From an uncultured Pelagibacteraceae bacterium (lineage in GTDB: Bacteria > Pseudomonadota > Alphaproteobacteria > Pelagibacterales > Pelagibacteraceae), in assembly GCA_902593235.1 (NCBI GenBank), contig CACJHS010000001.1, forward strand, positions 23,162-87,161: a stretch of DNA of 64,000 nucleotides, in the 5' to 3' direction. Positions 1 to 9,749 of the stretch are shown here, one piece after another. The notes under the pieces are model-generated. The model was not told where the DNA came from, ran no database searches, and saw only the letters and a list, made by a program, of their open reading frames with translations. The translations under genes and the position numbers were made by a program. The number at the start of each line of letters is the position of its first letter. Within the stretch, counting starts at the first letter, position 1.

Positions 1-1108
1 TATTCTTTTGAAAAGTTCCACTTCTTTCACCACCATCAGTTGGATATCTAATTGCTGGCCATTCATCACATAAGCCAATCCCATGTACCATTACAGAATA
101 TCTATTAGGATAATAATCTTCCGGTAAGTTCCATGACTTTTCAGTAAATTCTTTAAATGATAATCCATCTTTTATTAATCTTGAATTATAATCAATCTGC
201 TCCATTGCCATTGAATATAATTTTTTTTGTTCATCATTAAATTTATTGCCTACAACAAAAGCTCTAGAAATATCAGCACAATACCCGTACGGACCAACCA
301 TATCTGTATCAAAAGAAACAATTTCACCATGCTGAATAACTTTATTACTGCACTCTTGCATCCACGGATTTGTTCTTTCTCCAGATGATAAAATTCTACA
401 TTCAATCCACTCACCATAATTTTCAATATTTGTTTGATGTAAAATAGACCACAATTCATTTTCGGTCATTCCAGGTTTTAATTGTTCTCTCATTTTAACA
501 ATCCCCATTTCAGCAACATCAATTGCTGATCGCATACATTTAATTTCCTCTGGAGATTTTATTACTCTTGCTTGTTCAAGAATTAATTTTGCATCTACAA
601 CGCTGATGCCTTCTTTGTTTAAAGCTGAAACAGCAGGACCGTTTAAAACATCGATTGCTATCTTTTTTGATTTGAAATAAGAATTAGATAAATCTTTTAC
701 TTCACTAATCCATTTTTTAAGCTGAGCCTCTGATTGATCGCCGTTACTAAAATAATCCCAGGTTATTGCTGGTCTAATTTCATCAATAAGATTTAATCCT
801 TCAGATAAATTTTCACAATTGAAATATTCATAGAGAATTACTGGACCGTTAACTGGAACAAAACAATATCTAGTAAGATTATGCATATTATAAACACTCA
901 TATTTAAAGTGTCTAAAGCATAACGAACATTTACTGGATCAAATAATATACAAGCTTCTAAATTATTTTTTTCTAGTTCTTTTTTTACTCGGTCTAAACG
1001 ATAAGATCTTAATTTATCAAAATCTATTTCATCTTCTCTTAGTCTTTTTTTAATTATAAAGTTTTGTTTTGGTTTTGTATCTGGAGCTATTTTTCTACTA
1101 AATTTCAT
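1..1108 (-). CDS. M24 (Xaa-Pro peptidase fold) protein, DddP-like DMSP lyase/aminopeptidase; 3' end runs off the window
   Basis: Not in the ORF track; translated by hand from ATG at 1108, which overlaps the TGA of the upstream gene (ATGA). Reads MKFSRKIAPD...LFDPVNVRYALDTLNM...GEWIECRILSSGERTNPWMQE...FDTDMVGPYGYCADISR...HGIGLCDEWP, motifs typical of the DddP clade of M24B. Confidence 0.85.
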   Translation of the reverse strand, partial: MKFSRKIAPDTKPKQNFIIKKRLREDEIDFDKLRSYRLDRVKKELEKNNLEACILFDPVNVRYALDTLNMSVYNMHNLTRYCFVPVNGPVILYEYFNCENLSEGLNLIDEIRPAITWDYFSNGDQSEAQLKKWISEVKDLSNSYFKSKKIAIDVLNGPAVSALNKEGISVVDAKLILEQARVIKSPEEIKCMRSAIDVAEMGIVKMREQLKPGMTENELWSILHQTNIENYGEWIECRILSSGERTNPWMQECSNKVIQHGEIVSFDTDMVGPYGYCADISRAFVVGNKFNDEQKKLYSMAMEQIDYNSRLIKDGLSFKEFTEKSWNLPEDYYPNRYSVMVHGIGLCDEWPAIRYPTDGGERSGTFQKN

Positions 1109-1731
1109 TTTATTCTATACAATCCTAACCATGCATTTACATCTTTACTTGCAATATAATCAGATTTAAAAAATTCAATTTTTTCCCATTTGTTATTTGA
1201 CTTTAGTATATCAATTTTTTTATCAAAACCATACTCTTCATGTATTCCCTCATTAATAGTAAAGCAAATTAAACCTCCTGGTTTGGTAATTCTTACAAAT
1301 TCATCTAAAGCATCAGGTTTTACATGCCCAAAAGTAAAGGTTCCAACGCACATAACAGCATCGTAAGTATTATCCTCTGATTTGATAGTTTGATTTAGAT
1401 CCACTTTTGTGAGCTTTAGATAGAGATCTTTTGGAATTGTGTCTAATAAAGTTTGAGATAAATCTGCACCGTGGAAATTTTTAAATCCATATTTCTTTAA
1501 TTCCAATCCAACTAGTCCAGTCCCACATCCTGCATCAAAGATTAAAATATCTTTATTTTTCTCGTGTTTATTAAAGGTTGCTACAGTTTCCTTTGGTCCA
1601 GTGTAATTCCAGTCAACCATATCTTTATTATACTTATCTTTTTCTCCCCACTCATCGTAGTACTTCATAACTTCATCAGTAGTTTTAAGTTTATAAATTG
1701 GAATTTTGTTTCCTACATCTTTTTGAGCCAT
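1105..1731 (-). CDS. Class I SAM-dependent methyltransferase
   Basis: Motif I IFDAGCGTGLVG, GADLS, YDAVMCVGTF, TKPGG. Confidence 0.9.
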   Translation of the reverse strand: MAQKDVGNKIPIYKLKTTDEVMKYYDEWGEKDKYNKDMVDWNYTGPKETVATFNKHEKNKDILIFDAGCGTGLVGLELKKYGFKNFHGADLSQTLLDTIPKDLYLKLTKVDLNQTIKSEDNTYDAVMCVGTFTFGHVKPDALDEFVRITKPGGLICFTINEGIHEEYGFDKKIDILKSNNKWEKIEFFKSDYIASKDVNAWLGLYRIK

Positions 1732-4136
1732 TAGCTTCTCATTTTTTGACCACTTGGATCATAAAGTGGTTCTTTAATAATTGAACAATTAAATAAATCT
1801 CCATTTATCTCTACTTGAATTTTATTTTCAGATTTAATGTTTTTTTGATCAACAAAAGTGAACGCTACACTTTTATTTACAAAATGCGCAAAACCACCTG
1901 AAGTTACATAACCAATGCTTTGATCTCCATTCATAACAGCTTCATTATTTGTTACATCAATATCATTGGTTTCAACAATTAAAGGTATAAGTTTGTTTGA
2001 AGAATTTTCCTTTTGCGCACTCTCTTTACCTATAAATTCTTTATCCCAATTTATAAAAACATCTAATCCTGTTTCTTTAGCAGTAAAATCTGGTCTATAA
2101 TCTAATGTCCAGGCTCCCCAATTTTTCTCAAGCCTCATCGACATTAATGCTCTTCCACCAAAGGGTTTGATATTAAATTCTTTTCCAGCTTCCATTAATT
2201 CTTCATAAAGTTTTAATTGATAATGAGGTGCTACATAAATTTCGTAACCAAGCTCTCCTGTAAATGAAATTCTATTTACTAATGCAGGAACTCCCCCAAC
2301 AAACATTCTTCTAGAATCTCTAAATTTAAATTTTTCATTTGAAACATTATCTCTTACTATTTTTTCTAAAACCTTTCTTGAGTTAGGTCCTGCAATTGAT
2401 AATCCATGAAACTCATCAGATCTATTTTTATAATTTATATTAAATTTATCTATGTGACTTTCAAACCAACGTCTGTGCATTTCTTGAGCAGCTCCAGAAC
2501 CAAATACCATGAATTCATTTTCATCTAAACATGCCACAGTTAGATCACCACATAATTTTCCTCTGTATGATAACATTGGTGATAAAGATATTCTTCCTGG
2601 TTTTGGAAGTCTTCCAGCCATTATGTGATCTAAAAATTTTCTAGCATCTGGTCCTTTAAACTCATGCTTTGAAAAATTTGCAACTTCGATTAAACCAACA
2701 TTTTCTCTTACATTAATAACTTCTTTTGATACATAATCATGAGATCTTGATCTTTTTATTGTTGGTTCCTCATGAGCATCTTCTTTATTATTTGCAAACC
2801 ACAAAACATTTTCCAATCCAAAGCTATCTCCCATAACGGCACCTTGATTTACAAAACGATCATACAGCGCAGTAGTTTTTTGCTTTCTTCCTTTTGGTAA
2901 AGTTTCATTAGGAAATGTCATAATAAATCTTCGTTCATAGTTTTCTGAAGATTTTATTGTTCCATATTGAGGGGATGCATAATCTCCAAATCTTGCAACA
3001 TCCATTGCCCAAACATCAATGGAAGGTTCTCCGTCAATAATCCATTCAGCAATACATTTTCCAACACCTCCTCCTTGACAAAAACCTGCCATCACACCAA
3101 CTGCAACCCAATAATTTTTCATACCTGGGACAGGTCCAATCAGAGGACTTCCATCTGGACCAAAAGTAAAAGGTCCATTAACTATATTTTTTATACCTGC
3201 ACGCTCTAATGCTGGCATTCTTTCAAAACCGATTGCTAGTCTATCTTCAATATTATCTAACTTTGGCTCAAGTAACTCATGACCGAAATTCATTGGTGTA
3301 CCTTCTACTTTCCAAGGTGTTGATTTTGGCTCATAGGTTCCAAGCAACATCCCTTTTCCTTCTTGTCTAAAGTAAATATTTCCCTCAAAATCAGTTCCTA
3401 TTGGCAATCTTTGATCACCCATTGCTTCAATTTCAGGAATGGATTCAGTGATTAGATAATGGTGCTCCATTGGTTGAACTGGAAGATTAAGCCCAGCTAG
3501 TTGACCAACTTCTCTTGCCCAAAGTCCTCCTGCATTAATTACTATTTCAGCATTGATGTTTCCTTTTTCAGTAAAGACATCCCAAGTTCCGTCCTCTTTT
3601 TGTTTCGTGTCTTTTACAACAGTGTGGGTGTAATATTTTCCACCATGAACTTTTGCTGCTTTTGCAAAAGCATAAGTAACTCCTGATGGATCAACTTCAC
3701 CATCTATAGGATCCCATAAGGCCAACAAATATCTAGATGGATCAATTAGAGGATTTTTCTTTTTAACTTCCTCTAAAGAAATAAATTCTTGGTCAAGTCC
3801 CATGTATCTTGCTTTTGATCTTTCTCTCTTTAAATAATCAGCTCACACTTCATTTGAAGCTAAATAAAAACCTCCACTAGGTTTAAAGCCTACAGAATGA
3901 CCTGACTCTTTTTCTATTTCTTTATATAAGCCTATTGTATAAGCCATCATCCGAGAAATATTTGGATCAGATGAAATCACGTGAACATTTCCCGCTGCGT
4001 GCCAAGACGATCCTGAGGTAAGTTCGTTTCTCTCAAGTAAAATGCAATCCTTTAACCCAAATTTAGATAAATGGTAAAGAATAGAACAACCCACCACACC
4101 ACCACCTATGATTACAACTTTAGCATTTTTCTCCAT
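1731..4136 (-). pseudogene. Dimethylglycine/sarcosine dehydrogenase-like FAD oxidoreductase-GcvT fusion interrupted by one in-frame TGA (3843-3845)
   Basis: ORFs 3843..4136 (VVIIGGGVVG, GSSWHAAG) and 1731..3803 (GcvT-type C-terminus, RISFTGELGYE) share a frame. The join reads FYLASNEV*ADYLKRERSKARYMGLDQ. Could be a true nonsense allele or a sequence error. Confidence 0.8.
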
Positions 4137-4140
4137 AAAT

Positions 4141-5226
4141 TTATTTTAACCTTTCTTTTTCAAAATTTAAAATATTGTCTTCAAAATAAATATTTTTTAA
4201 TTTGGACAATCTCTTTTGAAGAATATTTATATTTTTTTTAGTAAATGAAGCTTTTTTTTGCTCTATTTCAGAAACTTGACCCACATAGTTTATTGCATTC
4301 CAGACAGAAAAAATATTATTTAGTGAGAATTCCTTCAAATTGATAGATAAATTATTGAAGGTATATTTTAGTTTTTCTAGTTTAATTTTAAATTTATCTT
4401 TTTCTATATTTTTTTTTATTTGAGATATTAATTTTTTGGGTTCTGAATTTTTATAAAAACCATTCCTTGGATAGTAGTATTTGAGAAATGATCCTGTAAA
4501 ATCCTTTCCTGATGAGTATATAAGGAACATTTTTCCCTTAAAATTTAACAAAGATAAAAGAGGTTTAATAACATTATTTACAGTCTGAATTAAAGGAGAC
4601 CGAAGCTTAAAACATTGAGATGCAATAATAAAATCATATTTTTTTGGAATTTCACTTATATTTCTAGGTATGAAGTCTTTTAATTTTTTTTTTTGATCTT
4701 TTCTGTAAATAGTCAAAAAAATTTTTGACTTGGGCTTAATTGAACCATTTTTGTTATTAAAAGATAATTTCCAATTTTTTCTAACATAAGGACTTAAACT
4801 CATTAAGATCTTAGTAAAATCAATACCTTTTTTTCCAACTAATTCTAATTTTTCAAATTTTATATTGTCAGATGTAGAGTTATTTAAATCTTTATAACTA
4901 CAATTAGTAATATTAAAAATTAAAGTTTTATGTTCAGCAAATCTATCCCCTAAAAAACTTAGAAGCACATTAATATCATCGATACTTATTTCTTTACCTA
5001 CAACAAATATAGGTTTATTTGGCAAATATTTATGCAGACCTGACAAAAAAGTAGATATAATTGTTCCCTCACCAGTACCCGCGTCTAAAACGTTAAAAAT
5101 TGGTGACCGAGTACTGATTTTTTCTATTTTTTTAAATAAATAAAAAGCAATTTTTGATTTTTCATTAGTAGAGTTTACAAATGATAAATATTTGTCTCTA
5201 GAGTCAAAAAAAGTTTTTCTCTTCAT
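4141..5226 (-). CDS. Conserved hypothetical protein, SAM-dependent methyltransferase-like fold
   Basis: 361 aa with VLDAGTGEGT motif-I-like segment and YDFIIASQ; closely spaced within the operon. Confidence 0.65.
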   Translation of the reverse strand: MKRKTFFDSRDKYLSFVNSTNEKSKIAFYLFKKIEKISTRSPIFNVLDAGTGEGTIISTFLSGLHKYLPNKPIFVVGKEISIDDINVLLSFLGDRFAEHKTLIFNITNCSYKDLNNSTSDNIKFEKLELVGKKGIDFTKILMSLSPYVRKNWKLSFNNKNGSIKPKSKIFLTIYRKDQKKKLKDFIPRNISEIPKKYDFIIASQCFKLRSPLIQTVNNVIKPLLSLLNFKGKMFLIYSSGKDFTGSFLKYYYPRNGFYKNSEPKKLISQIKKNIEKDKFKIKLEKLKYTFNNLSINLKEFSLNNIFSVWNAINYVGQVSEIEQKKASFTKKNINILQKRLSKLKNIYFEDNILNFEKERLK

Positions 5227-5234
5227 ATTTATTA

Positions 5235-6275
5235 TTAGTATTTGATCTCCTTATTTACTTTTTTAAGAGATTTATCTGTTCCATGGTGAAAATGTTTACT
5301 CATATCTGGCATGTATTTCATTGAAATTGGTTTTTTGCCAATTGCAACAGACATTTCTCTAACATGATGAGCTTCTGCTCCACAACATATACCAATAAAA
5401 TTTATTTTATTCTGAACACAATCTTTTGCAAATTCTGCCATTTCAAATCTGTTACAAAATAAATTATCTAAAGCTATTGGGAATGCATTTCCACCTGGAA
5501 TACAGTCGCAACCATGATCAGTAATATTTAAGAAACCAGGTTCTTCCTCTGTTGTTCTATAAGGTACTGGAAGTCCAGCAACATGACATGAAACTTTTTC
5601 TCTAACCTTTTTTAATAATTTCATTGTCATTTCAGGTCCTCGATAACAATTTAAACCAACTACATCTGCACCTAAATCTTCCATCATTTTGCACGCATCT
5701 TCTGCAGTATGACCTTCTCTAGTTTTATCCCCTCTAGGAATTGCAAAATTACAAACTGCAATAAGTCCTGCATCCTTAATTGCTTTTAATGCTATTTTCA
5801 TTTCTTCTGTCCAATTTATTGTTTCTGCTATTACAAAATCAACACCAGCCTCTTTTGCCCAAGCTACTTGTTCTTCATACATTTGTTGACATTGTTTGTG
5901 AGTATTAGGATCCCCTGGATCAAATACATTTGTATTAGCCACGTCTCCGCAAACCATAAGATCTAAATCTTTAAACTCAGCAGCAGCATCTTTTGCAATT
6001 TTAAGAGCACCTTTTTGCATTGGTTCTAACAAATGTTCTTTACCAATTATTCTGAGCTTTTCTCTATGACCGTAATAAGTAAATGCTTGAACAACATCAG
6101 ATCCCGCTCTAATAAATTCTCTATGTAACTGAGTTACTACTTCCGGATGTTCTAAAACTACTTCTGGAACAAATGGACCTGCTGATAAATATCCTCTTCT
6201 TTCCATTGCAAAAAGATATCCTTCAGCACACATTATTGGGCCTTCATTTAATCTAGTAATAAGATCTTTTTTCAT
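5235..6275 (-). CDS. bhmT: Betaine-homocysteine S-methyltransferase (homocysteine S-methyltransferase family)
   Basis: AEGYLFAMERRGY, HREFIRAGSDVVQAFTYY, Zn ligands GLNCYRGP and GICCGA. Confidence 0.85.
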   Translation of the reverse strand: MKKDLITRLNEGPIMCAEGYLFAMERRGYLSAGPFVPEVVLEHPEVVTQLHREFIRAGSDVVQAFTYYGHREKLRIIGKEHLLEPMQKGALKIAKDAAAEFKDLDLMVCGDVANTNVFDPGDPNTHKQCQQMYEEQVAWAKEAGVDFVIAETINWTEEMKIALKAIKDAGLIAVCNFAIPRGDKTREGHTAEDACKMMEDLGADVVGLNCYRGPEMTMKLLKKVREKVSCHVAGLPVPYRTTEEEPGFLNITDHGCDCIPGGNAFPIALDNLFCNRFEMAEFAKDCVQNKINFIGICCGAEAHHVREMSVAIGKKPISMKYMPDMSKHFHHGTDKSLKKVNKEIKY

Positions 6276-6286
6276 AATTTATCCTT

Positions 6287-7465
6287 TCATTTCATTATAT
6301 TGTTTGCAACCCATTTGTGGAAATGATGGGTGGGATTATCCATCACAGGTGAAAAGTTTCCCCCATTATAAGATGGTGATTTTCTCCCATCCTGCATTCC
6401 CTCAATTATATTTAAATCTTCACTTTGAACTCCTTTCCAAAGTTCAAAGTTTTGTTTTCTAAGTGATTTAAATTTTTTCGAATTTGCCGCTTCGTTACCA
6501 ACATAAAAAATTTCCATATGTTCTTTTGTATATTCATTATTTACTGGTTCTAGCCAGTAGGCATAAAAATGGTCTTTATGAATCCCAAGCATTACATTTG
6601 GGAAAAGAGCAACGTATTCAGCGATATGCTCTTGATCTTTAGGCCAGTTTGGGAATGTTGGAAATTTTAAGTTACTTTTAAACCTTGGATTATAAACCAT
6701 AGTGCCTTGCCCAGCAAAACGATTAGGTAATCCTTGAATATGATAATGATCATCAATTTTTGAGTAAGAGTTTAATCCAGGATGAACCCAAGGTAGATGA
6801 TAACTTTCACAATAATTTTCTATTGCAAATTTCCAATTACATTTAGCATTTAAATTAAAATAACCATAATCTTTTGAATAAACAATTAAGTCTCTATCTT
6901 TTATAGGCCAAAATTTTTTCCATCTATCACTTAAAGGTTTAATATATTTTTCAAAATCAATTTCATTATTATTTAAATTAACAAAAATTAAATCTAACCA
7001 AACATGAGATCTAACTTCCTTAAGTCCACTTTTTGATTTGCTAAATTTATTACAATTATGTTTATTCATTCCACCAATATGAGGTGTGGCTATTAACTTG
7101 CCACTCATATCGTAGGACCAAGAGTGATAAGGACATCTTATTACATTTTTAATCTTACATTTTTCTTGAAGAATTTTGTATCCTCTATGACTACAAACAT
7201 TATGAAAAACTCTAATTTTATTATTTTTATCTCTTAATATAATTAATGGAATTCCTAGGAGATCAAATGGTTTCGCGTCTCCAACATTAGGAATTGAACT
7301 CCCAACACCAATTACAACCCATTTATTTTCAAATATTTTTTTTCTCTCAATGGATAAATAATCTAAATCAGTATAGCACTCATTTGGTAAGCCATGAGCT
7401 TTATCAATATTTTTATTTACAACTTTTATTTTTTTTAAATCGAGTATTTGAGATAACTTTTTCAT
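6287..7465 (-). CDS. Rieske non-heme iron oxygenase alpha subunit (choline monooxygenase/GbcA/CntA-like)
   Basis: Rieske ligands NVCSHRG...CPYHSW; mononuclear Fe motif ENYCESYHLPWVH plus distal Asp (SEDL). Confidence 0.9.
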   Translation of the reverse strand: MKKLSQILDLKKIKVVNKNIDKAHGLPNECYTDLDYLSIERKKIFENKWVVIGVGSSIPNVGDAKPFDLLGIPLIILRDKNNKIRVFHNVCSHRGYKILQEKCKIKNVIRCPYHSWSYDMSGKLIATPHIGGMNKHNCNKFSKSKSGLKEVRSHVWLDLIFVNLNNNEIDFEKYIKPLSDRWKKFWPIKDRDLIVYSKDYGYFNLNAKCNWKFAIENYCESYHLPWVHPGLNSYSKIDDHYHIQGLPNRFAGQGTMVYNPRFKSNLKFPTFPNWPKDQEHIAEYVALFPNVMLGIHKDHFYAYWLEPVNNEYTKEHMEIFYVGNEAANSKKFKSLRKQNFELWKGVQSEDLNIIEGMQDGRKSPSYNGGNFSPVMDNPTHHFHKWVANNIMK

Positions 7466-7657
7466 TTCAACTTTTATTAAACCTCCTTGTTTAAGTTGGA
7501 ATTAATTAAAGCTAAATTTTACGATTCTCTTATAATGATTTGTTGAAATACAGTCTTACAATTTAAGATATAAACAAATTCTTTGAAAAAAAAATTTGCA
7601 GAAAGTTTCATTGCTAAACTTTATCTTTAAATAATTATAATTTAAAGACAATTTAGC

Positions 7658-7674
7658 TTCAACCTATGGTTGAA
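7658..7674. promoter_or_regulatory. Inverted repeat TTCAACC-N3-GGTTGAA, candidate operator in divergent promoter region
   Basis: Perfect 7-bp arms just upstream of a TTGCAA -35-like hexamer (7681). Half-site GTTGAAATA recurs at 7542-7550. Confidence 0.35.
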
Positions 7675-7739
7675 ATAAGTTTGCAATCTTTTTTTTGATA
7701 TGTTGTAGTGTCTAAAAGAAAATAATTAACGGAGATATA

Positions 7740-8750
7740 ATGAAAAAATTAAAAACAATTCTATTTTCCGCTCTTTTAGCATTTGGTATGAATTCTTTTG
7801 CAAATGCATGTGGAAAATTAGTTATAGCCGAACAAAACTGGGCATCTGCCGAGTTAATGGCAAACGTTGATAAAATCATTCTCGAAGAAGGATATGGATG
7901 TGAGGTAGAATTAGTACCTGGTGCTACTATGCCTACATTTACTTCTATGAATGACAAAGGAACACCTGACATGAACCCTGAACAATGGGCAAATGCGGTT
8001 TATACTCCTTTGAAAAAAGCAGTAAGTGAAAAAAGATTAATTATTGCAAATAAAGCTCCAATTACTGGTCTTGGAGAAGGTTGGTGGTTAAATCCAGCAG
8101 CTTTAGAAAAACACCCAGAGCTTAAAGGAATGACAGCAGTTCAAATTTTAGAACGTCCAGATTTATTTCCTGACAAAGAGGACCCATCAAAAGGTGCTTT
8201 CATGGGATGTCCAGCAGGATGGGGATGCCAATTAGCTAATGCAAATTTATACAGAGCATTTGAAATGGAAAAAAAAGGTTGGAAACTTATTGATCCAGGT
8301 TCAGCTGCAGGTTTAGATGGTTCTATTGCTAAAGCATCAGATTCTAATGAGCCATGGTTTGGCTATTATTGGAATCCTACATCAATGGTTGGAAAATATA
8401 ATTTACAACCAGTTGATTTTGGTGTTCCTTTTGCAGGTAGAGATAATTGGGATAATTGTATTACACTTGCAGAACAAGATTGTGCAGATCCAAAACCAAC
8501 AGCTTGGACAAAATCTGAGGTTAACTCAATTGTAAGTGCTAACTTTGCTAAAACTGGTGGAAAAGATGTTCTTAAATATGTTGAAAGTAGAACTTTTCCA
8601 GGCACAGTTATGAATGGAATGTTAGTTTATATGGCTGACAACCAAGCAAAAGGTTCTGATGCTGCAGTTGAGTTTTTAATTAAGCATGAAGATATTTGGA
8701 CTAAATGGGTATCTTCTGATGCTGCAAAAAAAATCAAAAAAAGTTTATAA
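7740..8750 (+). CDS. Glycine betaine/proline betaine-type ABC substrate-binding protein (OpuAC/ProX family)
   Basis: Signal peptide, NWASAEL, GCPAGWGC, WFGYYWNP; SD GGAGA upstream. Confidence 0.9.
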   Translation: MKKLKTILFSALLAFGMNSFANACGKLVIAEQNWASAELMANVDKIILEEGYGCEVELVPGATMPTFTSMNDKGTPDMNPEQWANAVYTPLKKAVSEKRLIIANKAPITGLGEGWWLNPAALEKHPELKGMTAVQILERPDLFPDKEDPSKGAFMGCPAGWGCQLANANLYRAFEMEKKGWKLIDPGSAAGLDGSIAKASDSNEPWFGYYWNPTSMVGKYNLQPVDFGVPFAGRDNWDNCITLAEQDCADPKPTAWTKSEVNSIVSANFAKTGGKDVLKYVESRTFPGTVMNGMLVYMADNQAKGSDAAVEFLIKHEDIWTKWVSSDAAKKIKKSL

Positions 8751-8761
8751 TTAACTTTTAA

Positions 8762-8790
8762 TTACGAGCCTATTTATTATAGGCTCGTAA
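8762..8790 (+). terminator. 12-bp perfect hairpin between binding-protein and permease genes (partial terminator or mRNA stabiliser)
   Basis: TTACGAGCCTAT-N5-ATAGGCTCGTAA; no strong U-tract. Confidence 0.6.
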
Positions 8791-8802
8791 AGTTTAATAT
8801 TT

Positions 8803-9687
8803 ATGGAATTTTTTACTGAATTTCCAGAACTGGGAAGAAGATCCCAAATGGAGCTAAGAAAAGGTATAGACTTAGCTTTTAGAAATTTTTCTAAAGAATA
8901 TGGAGACAGTATAGAAGCATTTTTCGATCCATTATTATTTTTTTTAGTATCATTAGAAAAATTATTATTATCCACACCATGGATAATAATTATTGGAATA
9001 ATTTGTGGATTAGCCTGGTTAGGTTCAAGAAGTTGGAAATTAGTTGTAGGAAGTGCAATTGCTTTTTTATTAATTGGTTATTTTGGAATGTGGGAAGATT
9101 GTATGGCAACAGTTGCTATTATTACTGTATGCACAATCATTTGTATTGTTGTTGGTATCCCAATAGGAATTGTGATGGCTAGATCTTCTAGAGCTGAAAA
9201 AGCAATACTTCCTGTATTGGATATGATGCAAACAATTCCTAGTTTTGTTTATTTGATCCCAATTTTGATGTTATTAGGAATTGGAAAAGTCCCAGGATTA
9301 ATTGCTGTTTGTGTCTATGCAGTTCCTCCAATAATTAGATTAACCAATCTAGGTATAAGAGAAGTAGATAAAGAGACTTTGGAAGCTAGCGAGGCTTTTG
9401 GAGCAACTACAGCACAAAAATTAAAATCTGTTCAAATTCCACTTGCTTTACCTACTGTTTTTGCTGGTGTGAACCAAACCATAATGATGGCTTTAGCTAT
9501 GGTAGTTATTGCTTCTATGATAGGAGTAAAAGGCCTTGGTGTACCAATATTAAGAGCTGTTTCTAACCAATATTTAGCGCTTGGAATGATGAATGGATTA
9601 GCAATAGTTGCTCTCGCAATTGTCTTTGACAGGGTCACCCAAGAATATGGAAGAAGGATCCAAAAGCATAGAGGTCAGATAAAATAG
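8803..9687 (+). CDS. Glycine betaine/proline ABC permease (ProW/OpuAB family)
   Basis: LDMMQTIPSFVYLIP, EAA loop EASEAFGAT, AGVNQTIMMALAMVVIASMIG. Confidence 0.92.
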   Translation: MEFFTEFPELGRRSQMELRKGIDLAFRNFSKEYGDSIEAFFDPLLFFLVSLEKLLLSTPWIIIIGIICGLAWLGSRSWKLVVGSAIAFLLIGYFGMWEDCMATVAIITVCTIICIVVGIPIGIVMARSSRAEKAILPVLDMMQTIPSFVYLIPILMLLGIGKVPGLIAVCVYAVPPIIRLTNLGIREVDKETLEASEAFGATTAQKLKSVQIPLALPTVFAGVNQTIMMALAMVVIASMIGVKGLGVPILRAVSNQYLALGMMNGLAIVALAIVFDRVTQEYGRRIQKHRGQIK

Positions 9688-9749
9688 TAGATACTTTGTT
9701 GCATCGAATTTTCTAGACTCATATTTCAAAATAAATAAAGATCTCTCCC

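Noticed and set aside
3843-3880. Selenocysteine or genome-wide UGA reassignment as the cause of the in-frame TGA
   Set aside because: Other genes end in TGA (1105, 6287, 12687) and use TGG for Trp. There is no convincing SECIS hairpin 3' of the codon, and the site is not an expected catalytic Cys.
7462-7470. TTG-AAA-TGA mini-ORF overlapping the Rieske start codon
   Set aside because: Two codons with a weak start; expected by chance.
7466-7739. SAM-II/SAM-V or glycine riboswitch upstream of the BHMT-containing operon
   Set aside because: Core consensus not found by eye on either strand. A covariance-model scan is needed to exclude it.
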